Assembly (NCBI GenBank): GCA_030770535.1
Contig: JASVEC010000001.1
Location: forward strand, 372,001 to 436,000
Length of the DNA stretch: 64,000 nucleotides
Direction of reading: 5' to 3'
Origin: Batkoa obscura
Taxonomy: Eukaryota
Below the pieces are notes generated by a model, which saw nothing but the letters and a program-made list of their open reading frames with translations, had not been told where the DNA came from and did no database searches. Both the position numbers and the translations under genes were made by a program. Shown one piece after another: positions 23,027-33,144 of the stretch; the first letter of the stretch is position 1, and each line of letters starts with the position of its first letter.

Positions 23027-24740
23027 AATTTAAATGTTATTAATAAGTTTTTTTACAAAGTTCAAGAGCTTTAGCAACATTAACAATACCATAACCGTAT
23101 TCATTATTAGGTAAGGTTTTTTCAGTATCTCCACCACAGCCAAGTTTTGAGTATAATGGTGTAGCTGAGTTATGGATTACTTTGGCAATAAGGTCGACTC
23201 TACGACTAAGGTGAGGACAGGCAGCAATAACTAAAAGTGCAACCCCGGAAATGTGAGGAGAAGCCATTGAAGTACCAGCTTTGATACCAAATTTACCACC
23301 TGGAATAGATGAAGTAATGTTAACCCCAGGAGCAGTAATATCAATAGCATTTAAAGTACGCTCTGGGACAGGTCCTAAAGATGAGAAAGCAGCCCTGTCA
23401 TTAGTTAAGTAGCCAGAAGCAGCTACATTGAATGAGTTAGGATCAACAGCAGGTGGGGAGTTTACAGTTGAGCATCCACCTCTTCCGTCATTACCAGCAG
23501 AAACAGACATAAAGATACCAGCAGATTTCAAAGCTCTTAAAGCATACTTGAATGTAGATCTACTGCAACCTTCTACACCTGGACATCCGTAAGAGTTACC
23601 AACTACATGAGGACGAAGATGAGGCTTTGGTTTAATACCATAAAGATTGGTTGGAGCTAAAAAGAATTGTAAACAACCTAAATAAGTTTCTGGAGAGCCA
23701 AAATTTTGGTCCATATTCTTACAAGCCATCCATTTTGTGGTTGGGGAAACACCTAAATTTAAGCCACCTACTGTGGTTCCCATACAGTGTGTTCCATGAC
23801 TATTGTCATCACATGGTTTTTGAGAATCAATACCACAGATTAAATTTGGTTTAGTAGCATTAGCTAAGTTTTTATTTGCGTCCCACCAATAATAGTCATG
23901 ATTAAATTTGCCATTTTTGTAACCCAAGTAGTTCTTTACTAAGGCTGGATGCTCAAAATCAACACCAGTGTCAGCGTTAGCATATCTTAATTTAGAGGCA
24001 GCAGTGTAAACTCTCTTTGGTAAATTAGTGGCATTGATGTATTTTAAACTCCAATGTGGTTCTTTTCCTTCCCATGAAATATCAGCAGCAGTGGAAGCTT
24101 CTTGATCACTGATATCTTTAATCATTGAGGCTACTTTTTTATTGGAACTGATTTCTTCAACTTCAGATAATTTGGATATTTTCTCGATAAGTTCTTTAGG
24201 AGCCTCAACAGCAAAAGTGTTAGAGATATAATAATGACGATAATCTTTGATAGTTCCTTTCTTTTTAGCTTCTTCTAAAAGTGCTTTAACTGAACCTTGA
24301 CTTTCTTCAGAGTGCTTAGTTAATGTAGCAACTACTTGTTCAGCATGGAAATCCAAATCATCTTCAGTGGCCATACGTGAATTAGAAGAGAGGACAGGAG
24401 GTTCAACTTGATTAAGTTGAATAAGGATTGGGGTCAAACTATTTTTTGCTAAATCTTGAGTGACTTGGTTTGTTATTAAAGCTTTTCCAGCAACGCTAGA
24501 AATAACAGCTAATGTAATCCAATTTGAAAATGCAAGCTTCATACTTTTAATTTAAGTTAATAAAGTTAAGGATATTGCAATGAAAGTACAAACTATTTAT
24601 ATCTATTAGTTTAAGCCTCTTTATCGCTACGCCTCAACTTATTCCTTTACTTTCTTATTGAAAATGGCATCATACGACTCGATTTTTAGAATTTTCTGTC
24701 ACATTTTTAGTCATTGTTTTCTTAGTTCCTGAAACCGAAA
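23027..24740 (-). repeat. Left arm of ~1.7-kb inverted duplication (partner 28423-30136)
   Basis: Near-identical CDS, ~195 bp upstream and ~13 bp downstream; weaker homology continues ~170 bp further upstream. Confidence 0.95.
23040..24542 (-). CDS. Secreted S8 subtilisin (bacillopeptidase F-like), copy A
   Basis: Signal peptide, prodomain, catalytic DTG / HGTH / GTSMASPH, oxyanion SAGN; intronless 500 aa. Confidence 0.95.
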   Translation of the reverse strand: MKLAFSNWITLAVISSVAGKALITNQVTQDLAKNSLTPILIQLNQVEPPVLSSNSRMATEDDLDFHAEQVVATLTKHSEESQGSVKALLEEAKKKGTIKDYRHYYISNTFAVEAPKELIEKISKLSEVEEISSNKKVASMIKDISDQEASTAADISWEGKEPHWSLKYINATNLPKRVYTAASKLRYANADTGVDFEHPALVKNYLGYKNGKFNHDYYWWDANKNLANATKPNLICGIDSQKPCDDNSHGTHCMGTTVGGLNLGVSPTTKWMACKNMDQNFGSPETYLGCLQFFLAPTNLYGIKPKPHLRPHVVGNSYGCPGVEGCSRSTFKYALRALKSAGIFMSVSAGNDGRGGCSTVNSPPAVDPNSFNVAASGYLTNDRAAFSSLGPVPERTLNAIDITAPGVNITSSIPGGKFGIKAGTSMASPHISGVALLVIAACPHLSRRVDLIAKVIHNSATPLYSKLGCGGDTEKTLPNNEYGYGIVNVAKALELCKKTY

Positions 24741-25100
24741 CTTCCATGCTAAAATTTCTATTGCTATGTCTTAATTTATTTAATGCAATCAATCACATGA
24801 TGGATTTCATTCAGCTTTTCTTATTATTTCCTCTAGTTAAAATAATAAAAGCGATACTATTAACAGTCTCTACTTTGCTAAAAATTTGAATACTATTTGA
24901 ATAAATTTTAGCGCTTGTTATTTATTCTAAACTATAAGTTGTGAACAGGTTTATTATAAACCTGTTAAATAACCATACATATAATAAAAATAAATTGTTT
25001 TAATGTTGTAATTACATTATTAACATATTACCAAGTTAATAAATAGCTGTATAGGAGGGAGTGGTTAGCCTTAAAACTACAATTAACCATCTTTATATAT

Positions 25101-25523
25101 CGTGAATGTTGGTACTCAGTGGTAGGAGTTAAAAGCAGTTCTTGGTTGATTAACTTGCCTTGAGTCGAACGTTCTTAGTTTATATAACTAAGATAGACTT
25201 AAATGAATAAGGATAATACGTAATAAGTTACGAACTATGTAAAACGAATAGAATAGACAATACTACTGTAAAATCTACATAAGATGTTGTCAGAAAGACT
25301 TAGTGACTTTATTAATGGTACGATATTAGGGAGTAATTCAGTTAAAAAGCCTCGAGTTATCATGTTGAAGAATCTCTTTTATATTGTTTGCAATACGTAG
25401 AAATTCTCGCAGCAAATCAAAATAAGGGACTCTGAATTGATTGTGTTTGAACTTGAGAACACAGCAACTTAAGTGATTGTTGTGTTATAATCAATTCGAG
25501 AGCTAATAAAGCAATATTTCACA
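25101..25523 (-). mobile_element. Solo LTR-like element, copy 2 (reverse)
   Basis: Reverse complement starts TGTGAAATATTGC and ends ATTCACG; homologous to copies 1 and 3. Confidence 0.75.
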
Positions 25524-25677
25524 GTTATTTTATATTAATTTATATTAATTTTAAAATTATGTCTTTTTAAATTATACAAAAACTAGTTAGGGTGTCACTA
25601 TAATTAGATTCTGTTACTAGATTGTTAACTTCTCAACACTAACTTTTATTATTCAAAATATTATTGAAGCATTATAC

Positions 25678-25776
25678 GGGGGTGTTTTTTCTGGTTTCAT
25701 TATTTTTTCCATTTTTTAAGCACTATTTGAGCGGAAAGATTGTTAGTAAAATCCTTAAACAAAAAAATACATCCCC
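25678..25776 (+). mobile_element. MITE family A, copy 6
   Basis: GGGGGTGTTTT...AAAATACATCCCC; flanks ATAC/ATAT. Confidence 0.85.
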
Positions 25777-26029
25777 ATATAGAATTGGCAAAAGTTGTTG
25801 TTTTAAACAATTATCACTGTTTCAAGGATTGTAATATATTAACTATTTATTCCATAAACCTTTTTTTAAATATAAAAACACATCCATTCCTAAGGTTTAG
25901 AAATTATAAACATTCGATTTAATTATTGTATAATTAAATTACAATAAACTTTTAACTATAAACTCATTAGCTATTGATTAATTAATACGCTCGATACTAT
26001 TATATTATCCTGATAATTACTAATACAAA

Positions 26030-27150
26030 ATGAGATTCCTTGAGTTATCCGCTGCTATTGTTTTTAACTCTTATTTACAAATTGTACCATCTCAAATGAC
26101 CATACAGTATACTCAATTCAATGTTATAGCTTTAACCTTTGATGATGGACCAACACAATATACTCCAAAAATGTTAGATGTTTCGAGTCAAAAAGGAGTT
26201 AAGGCTACCTTTTTCTTTATTGAATCTAATGTTGAGCAAAATCCCGAGTTTACTAAGCGTGCTTACGATGAAGGTCATCGAATTGCATCTCATACATATA
26301 GTCATAAATGTCTATCTGACTTATCCCCAAATAATGTTAAAATTCAAATGCAAAAAACCGAAGGTATTCTTGAGAAGAAAATAGGAAAACAAGCAAGATG
26401 TATGGGAAACTCTGGATTAGCTACTAGCGATGCAGTAGAAACTATTTTAAAAGACTTACGTTGTGTTCAAGTTGGGGTTAATTTAGATACTAATAATTAT
26501 GAAAAGAGGACGAAGGATCGAAATAACATTACAAAAAATTATATTGATGCATTAGGAAAAGAGGGCGTTACAACTGGATCTTTTATTACATTGTAACATG
26601 ATAGAGCCCCCTTTGAGATTTCTAAAATTGGAGGAGCTATTAATTTACATAAAGAAAAAGGATTTGGGTTTATAACTTCTGATGAATGCATTAAAAAAGG
26701 TCCCGCTTATCGAATTGGATCTGCCCAAGGAGGATAAAGTTCTAAAATAGGAAGCGAAGTACCAACTTCAGGAGATGAAGCCACCTCTAAGGAAATAGTG
26801 CCAGCACTCCAGAAACTAAAAAGTACATTGGCAGAGAAGAAAGCAGCACTACTATTCCAGAAATCGAGGGACCTACTGAGGAAGAGTAAATTAGCTGTTA
26901 CAAAAGCTAATACTTCTTTTGGTGAAGAAAATAAAGTAATTATCTCAAAAGTTGAAGGTCCTTTTACTGAATGATTAAACGGCCAAGGAACAAACCTTGG
27001 AGATACTACTGGGCAAGAAAGAAGATTTTCAGGATCTCAATTTGAAAGAAAAAGTAATAGAGCTCACTCACTACCATCCAACTCATCCTAGTCATGTTAA
27101 ACCAGTAGCTATTCGTGGTCAAATTGATAGTATAATTAAATTTTATAGTT
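26030..27150 (+). pseudogene. CE4 polysaccharide (chitin) deacetylase-like gene with premature stop
   Basis: ALTFDDGP, KATFF, GHRIASHTYSH motifs; TAA at 26594-26596 falls inside L-(Q)-H-D motif and the frame continues HDRAPF...KGFGFITSDECI; degenerate tail homologous to 13200-13560. Confidence 0.8.
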
Positions 27151-28139
27151 AAATAACTTTTTAATGCTAGTTTTGTAATTCAATTAATTTAGAAAATATA
27201 ATTTAAAATTATTAGATTGTATATAGCTAACTACAAAATCTTTTTACTTCAGATTTTATTAAGCGGGCACTCCAAAATTACATTAAAAGCAAGCGATAGC
27301 GTCTTTTTCATTTTAGCATTCTATCTATATTTTATATAGTATACAATTTAAAAAGGTTATTAGTTAAAAATCGAAATAAAAAAGACATTCCCAAAGTTTT
27401 GATATTTTTACAAAGTTGCTATTGATTGAAAGCAATACATAAATTTGAATATACTTTACTCTCTAACCCAGTAGAGTTTATTTTGTAAGGTTAAAGCAAA
27501 TCTACCTTTCAAAAAGCTCACTTTTTTTAAAAATTCAAAGGCTGCTAGGGCTTTATGTTTATTTTATGTAAATTAATAGTAATGGAGAGTAAGAAATTAT
27601 GATAGGACAAGCATGGAGAATAAACGTACTTCACAGAACTCCATGAATATCCAAAATCCGAGTTTAAAAATTTAATATTTTTAAAAACTGTGATGTTAGA
27701 AGCTGATATTTTAATATAAAAACCATTGATAAAAAACGTTTAATTTAGCTACATTGACTTAAGTATTTGAAATTCTTTAGCTCTAAAATTCCGTTTTTAA
27801 TGATAAAATAGATTGAATATCACGGTTTACTACAGTATCCTATTACGGTGTCAAAAGGATGTTACATCACCATTAAAATTAGTATTAATTTAAAGGTTAA
27901 ATAAAAAATAAGACCAATAATTCGATAATGTTGTTAATTACTATAATGAGATGCAAAAATTGATAGTGTTAAGCTTAATAAGAACAAATATCTCCATTTA
28001 ATGATTTATGCTTTTAAGTATACACAGATCATGGTTATATTTAATTTACAACTTTAAATTCAATATTTTAACACTTAAAATTTCTTTTAAAATAAAACTG
28101 CATTTTGCATAATTAAAATCCAGCTAGCCCAAGGCAAAT

Positions 28140-28237
28140 GGGGATGTTTTTTTTGATTTCATTGCTTTTTCCATTTTTTAGCACTATTTGAGTGAAAAGA
28201 TTGTTAGTAAAATTCTTAAACAAAAAAATACATCCTG
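28140..28237 (+). mobile_element. MITE family A, copy 7
   Basis: GGGGATGTTTT...AAAATACATCCTG; right end degenerate. Confidence 0.8.
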
Positions 28238-28422
28238 AATGGTGATTTTAAAATCCTTTCAAATACTCCTATTTTAGCAAACAAGGATATTTAACATTAT
28301 CGTCTTAATTTTTTGACCAGAAGTAGTAATAAAAAGGCTAGAATAAAGAATTCATACACGTGATTAACTATATTTAACAAATTGAGGCATAGCAATAATT
28401 TAAATTAAACTTCGATGTAAAA

Positions 28423-30136
28423 TTTCGGTTTCAGGAACTGAGAAGACAATGACTAAAAATGTGACAGAAAATTCTAAAAATCGAGTCGTATGATGCCATT
28501 TTCAATAAGAAAGTAAAGGAATAAGTTGAGGCGTAGCGATAAAGAGGCTTAAACTAATAGATATAAATAGTTTGTACTTTCATTGCAATATCCTTAACTT
28601 TATTAACTTAAATTAAAAGTATGAAGCTTGCATTTTCAAATTGGATTACATTAGCTGTTATTTCTAGCGTTGCTGGAAAAGCTTTAATAACAAACCAAGT
28701 CACTCAAGATTTAGCAAAAAATAGTTTGACCCCAATCCTTATTCAACTTAATCAAGTTGAACCTCCTGTCCTCTCTTCTAATTCACGTATGGCCACTGAA
28801 GATGATTTGGATTTCCATGCTGAACAAGTAGTTGCTACATTAACTAAGCACTCTGAAGAAAGTCAAGGTTCAGTTAAAGCACTTTTAGAAGAAGCTAAAA
28901 AGAAAGGAACTATCAAAGATTATCGTCATTATTATATCTCTAACACTTTTGCTGTTGAGGCTCCTAAAGAACTTATCGAGAAAATATCCAAATTATCTGA
29001 AGTTGAAGAAATCAGTTCCAATAAAAAAGTAGCCTCAATGATTAAAGATATCAGTGATCAAGAAGCTTCCACTGCTGCTGATATTTCATGGGAAGGAAAA
29101 GAACCACATTGGAGTTTAAAATACATCAATGCCACTAATTTACCAAAGAGAGTTTACACTGCTGCCTCTAAATTAAGATATGCTAACGCTGACACTGGTG
29201 TTGATTTTGAGCATCCAATTTTAGTAAAAAATTATTTAGGGTATAAAAATGGCAAATTTAGCCACGACTACAGCTGGTGGGATGCAAACAAGAATTTAGC
29301 CAACGCTACTAAACCAAATTTAATCTGTGGTATTGATTCTCAAAAACCATGTGATGATCGTGGTCATGGAACACACTGTATGGGAACTACTCTAGGCGGT
29401 TTAAACTTAGGTGTTTCCCCAACCACAAAATGGATGGCTTGTAAGAATATGGACCAAGGATTTGGCTCTCCAGAAACTTATTTAGGTTGTTTACAATTCT
29501 TTTTAGCTCCAACCAATCTTTATGGTATTAAACCAAAGCCTCATCTTCGTCCTCATGTAGTTGGTAACTCTTACGGATGTCCAGGTGTAGAAGGTTGCAG
29601 TAGATCTACATTCAAGTATGCTTTAAGAGCTTTGAAATCTGCTGGTATCTTTATGTCTGTTTCTGCTGGTAATGATGGAGATGGTGGATGTTCTACTGTA
29701 AACTCCCCACCTGCTGTTGATCCTAACTCATTCAATGTAGCTGCTTCTGGCTATTTGACCAACACTAGAGCCTACTTCTCATCTTTAGGACCTGTCCCAG
29801 AGCGTACTTTAAATGCTATTGATATTACTGCTCCTGGGGTTAACATTACTTCATCTATTCCAGGTGGTAAATTTGGTATCAAAGCTGGTACTTCAATGGC
29901 TTCTCCTCACATTTCCGGGGTTGCACTTTTAGTTATTGCTGCCTGTCCTCACCTTAGTCGTAGAGTCGACCTTATTGCCAAAGTAATCCATAACTCAGCT
30001 ACACCATTATACTCAAAACTTGGCTGTGGTGGAGATACTGAAAAAACCTTACCTAATAATGAATACGGTTATGGTATTGTTAATGTTGCTAAAGCTCTTG
30101 AACTTTGTAAAAAAACTTATTAATAACATTTAAATA
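28423..30136 (+). repeat. Right arm of ~1.7-kb inverted duplication (partner 23027-24740)
   Basis: Reverse-complement identity to copy A apart from five internal islands. Confidence 0.95.
28621..30123 (+). CDS. Secreted S8 subtilisin (bacillopeptidase F-like), copy B
   Basis: 500 aa, 10 substitutions relative to copy A; catalytic triad motifs intact. Confidence 0.95.
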   Translation: MKLAFSNWITLAVISSVAGKALITNQVTQDLAKNSLTPILIQLNQVEPPVLSSNSRMATEDDLDFHAEQVVATLTKHSEESQGSVKALLEEAKKKGTIKDYRHYYISNTFAVEAPKELIEKISKLSEVEEISSNKKVASMIKDISDQEASTAADISWEGKEPHWSLKYINATNLPKRVYTAASKLRYANADTGVDFEHPILVKNYLGYKNGKFSHDYSWWDANKNLANATKPNLICGIDSQKPCDDRGHGTHCMGTTLGGLNLGVSPTTKWMACKNMDQGFGSPETYLGCLQFFLAPTNLYGIKPKPHLRPHVVGNSYGCPGVEGCSRSTFKYALRALKSAGIFMSVSAGNDGDGGCSTVNSPPAVDPNSFNVAASGYLTNTRAYFSSLGPVPERTLNAIDITAPGVNITSSIPGGKFGIKAGTSMASPHISGVALLVIAACPHLSRRVDLIAKVIHNSATPLYSKLGCGGDTEKTLPNNEYGYGIVNVAKALELCKKTY

Positions 30137-30192
30137 AAATTATTTAATAAATTACAAGGGTTTTGCTTTGGTTCAAGTCTAACTGAACATAT

Positions 30193-30291
30193 GGGGATGT
30201 GTTTTTGTGTTTAAGAATTTTACTAACAATTTTTCCGCTTAAATAGCGCTTAAAAAATGGAAAAAGTAATGAAACCAAAAAAAACACCCCC
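30193..30291 (-). mobile_element. MITE family A, copy 8 (reverse, left arm of palindromic dimer)
   Basis: Reverse complement of consensus; ATAT flanks; shares central ATAT (30292-30295) with copy 9. Confidence 0.88.
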
Positions 30292-30295
30292 ATAT

Positions 30296-30390
30296 GGGGG
30301 TGTTTTTTTTGGTTTCATTACTTTTTTCATTTTTTAAGCGCTATTTCGGCGGAAAGATTATTAGTAAAGTCTTAAAAAAAATACATCCCC
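30296..30390 (+). mobile_element. MITE family A, copy 9 (right arm of palindromic dimer)
   Basis: GGGGGTGTTTT...AAAATACATCCCC followed by ATAT. Confidence 0.88.
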
Positions 30391-31120
30391 ATATATGAAA
30401 TGTATTTTTTTTGAATTTTAGAATAAACCTTGAGGTGTTTTATTAGGTAATTAAAATTTAACTAAAGAATGATATTAGGGTTAAGAATTCAAAAGGTGTC
30501 CAAGTTTTTATGAAGATACTGTCATAAAAGAAACGTGGTAAGGCAGTCGCATCGAAAATTGTGACAAAATCAAGTGTCAGGATTGTGATACTGAGATCAA
30601 TTAAGTAGAAGATGTTGTGGTTTTTTAAGGAAACTGTTTATAATCTATGTAGTAAGGCTAGGATCAAAGGATTAGGGTTGAAGTTTTCACTTGTATGAGT
30701 AGGGGTGATTGATAGGAAAATCGAGTAAATAAGACCAATTGACACTATATGAAAGTCATGCAAGTAAAAGTTTAATATAGAGTTAAGTTTATGGATATCA
30801 GAAATGCTACAATGTAAGCAAGATTTTAATGGCCGTTTTTGAGAGAGCTATAAAGGTATTAAAAAATGAAAAAATAAAAATTTTAATACAATAAGAAAAA
30901 ACATACTATATAAACATTATAATTCATTTACACTAATTCCAACAACTATTTATAATAATCTAAAGTTTATAAAATTTTACAATAAAACAAAAAAAGAAAT
31001 ATTAAAGTTTATTATTGATAATAATTTAACTATTTTATTAAAATTTAATAAAAAAATAATGATAACAAATATTTATTAAATAATATATATATCAAATAAA
31101 AGTAAAAAAATAATATATGG

Positions 31121-31600
31121 TGTGAAATATCGCTTCATTAGCTCTAGGATTGATTATAGTATAATAATCAATTCAGAGTTCCTTATATAGATTTGCTGTG
31201 AGAACTACTACCGCCTGATTGTGAAGAATTTATTGTCCACGTTTTAATGTCATACTTGGCAACTATAATAAGGAATAACTGTTATCATGTTCCTTGTATA
31301 TAGCCACCCAGTCGGAGCATAAAAGAGATTCTTCAACATACTAACTCGAGGCTTTTTAATTGGATTACTCCCTGATAACGTACCATTAATAAAGTCACTA
31401 AGTCTTTCTGACAACATCTTATGTAGATTTTACAGTAGTATTGTCTATTCTATTCGTTTTACATAGTTCGTAACTTATTACGTATTATCCTTATTCATTT
31501 AAGTCTATCTTAGTTATATAAACTAAGAACGTTCGACTCAAGGCAAGTTAATCAACCAAGAACTGCTTTTAACTCCTACCACTGAGTACCAACTTTCACA
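31121..31600 (+). mobile_element. Solo LTR-like element, copy 3
   Basis: TGTGAAA...TTTCACA termini (TG...CA with 7-bp terminal IR); homologous to copies 1 and 2. Confidence 0.78.
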
Positions 31601-31629
31601 TAACTTATATTTTATTATTAGTTTTGTAT

Positions 31630-31722
31630 GGGGTTTTTTTTGGCTTCACTATTTTTTCTATTTTTAAGCGCTATTTCAGCGAAAAGATTATTATTAAAGT
31701 TTTTAAACAAAAAAACATCTCT
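31630..31722 (+). mobile_element. MITE family A, copy 10 (degenerate)
   Basis: GGGGTTTTTTTTGGCTTCA...TAAGCGCTATTT...AAACATCTCT. Confidence 0.75.
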
Positions 31723-31973
31723 ATGTACTGCTTTTTATTAAATGAAAACAATATATTAAATAATATTACAAGCTTATTTTTATCATCTATAATATATTTA
31801 AATTGAATATACTATTTATTGAAATTTTAGTTTTAATTTTTATCTAAGATATTTTAAACTATTAATATAAGAAATACTTTTTAAAAGTTAATTTATTATA
31901 TTATTAATTTTTTTAAAATTATTATTAAAAATCTTTTTAATTTTTATATATATCAAAATACTTAATAAAATAT

Positions 31974-32071
31974 GGGGGTGTTTTTTTTGGTTTCATTATT
32001 TTTTCTATTTTTTAAGCGCTATTTAAGTGGAAAATTGCTAGTAAAATTCTTAAATAAAAAAATACACCTCC
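31974..32071 (+). mobile_element. MITE family A, copy 11
   Basis: GGGGGTGTTTT...AAAATACACCTCC; ATAT on both flanks. Confidence 0.85.
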
Positions 32072-33144
32072 ATATATTAATTTAATATAATTTTTAATAT
32101 TTTTATAAAACTACAAGTTTTAACTTATAAAAAATAATATAGTTAACTATATAAATCAAAATAATTTTTAATTTTTAAAGATATATTTAAGTATTTTTTG
32201 TTTTTATTATTTTATTTTTATAAGCATTATTAAATAAAACAAATATTTAGATTTTTACAAAGCTTTGCGTTTTTTTACAGATATACTAGGGATTTTACAC
32301 AAAAATAATTATATTCATTTTTTATCTAAAAATTAAAATTAAATATTTTTAAGTTAATCAAATTTCAAAAATTTTACCTGATTAGAATTTTAGATAAATT
32401 GTTTACGATTACAAATATTTTATAGAAAATGCATGAAAAATTTTCATTACTTATGATAGTTGTTGAATCTATTCTTTCATTGTTTTTTGTATATATTAAA
32501 CTTATTTGAGTTTTTAAAATAACATTTATATTATTTTATACTTTAAACGTTTATAATATTGTAGAGCAAGAAAATAAAATCAAAACAATATTTTCAATCA
32601 TTTGACTTGAACAAATTTCAGTTCAAATATTAACAAACGTCTATTAGTTGCCCAAAAAGCATTCATAATTTAGCCTAAAATAAAAATTAACATCACAGTA
32701 AAAGCATTAATATATAAATTGGTCCAAGCTATGAATGGGAATAATTTCATAAAATTTAATAAAAATTACAAAATATAATTAATACTAATAAATTTGTTTA
32801 TTGCTGTCAACGAAGAACAATGCATTTTACTACATGGTCGCTTTTACTTAATCAGCTTGAAACATTCTATAGGATGGAGTTCGCCTCAAGTTCCATATTA
32901 CAAATCTTATAAATCACTTCTCATATGATTGATGACGATTTTCAATTTAACTTACAAATTCTACCCAGATCGGTTTCAATTTACAGCATACTATATTCAA
33001 GAATAAACTTATCTAATTGGATGACACTTGCATTACGTAGAATGATAAAACATACGGGCTATTAAATTATATGCTTAGAATAGACTATAAATAGCCAACA
33101 AATACATCCAATAATCTGATTTATTAGTAATATTAAAATAAACA

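Noticed and set aside
25740..25922. 60 aa ORF (likewise 31624-31806)
   Set aside because: Starts inside a MITE at a non-ATG codon; non-coding.
23040..30123. Diversity-generating retroelement-style template/variable repeat explanation for the subtilisin differences
   Set aside because: Differences are not adenine-specific, both copies are intact genes, and no reverse transcriptase is present in the window.
30490..30830. Cys-rich frame with several stops (CQDC, CYNLC)
   Set aside because: Possibly a decayed gene or TE, but no identifiable family.
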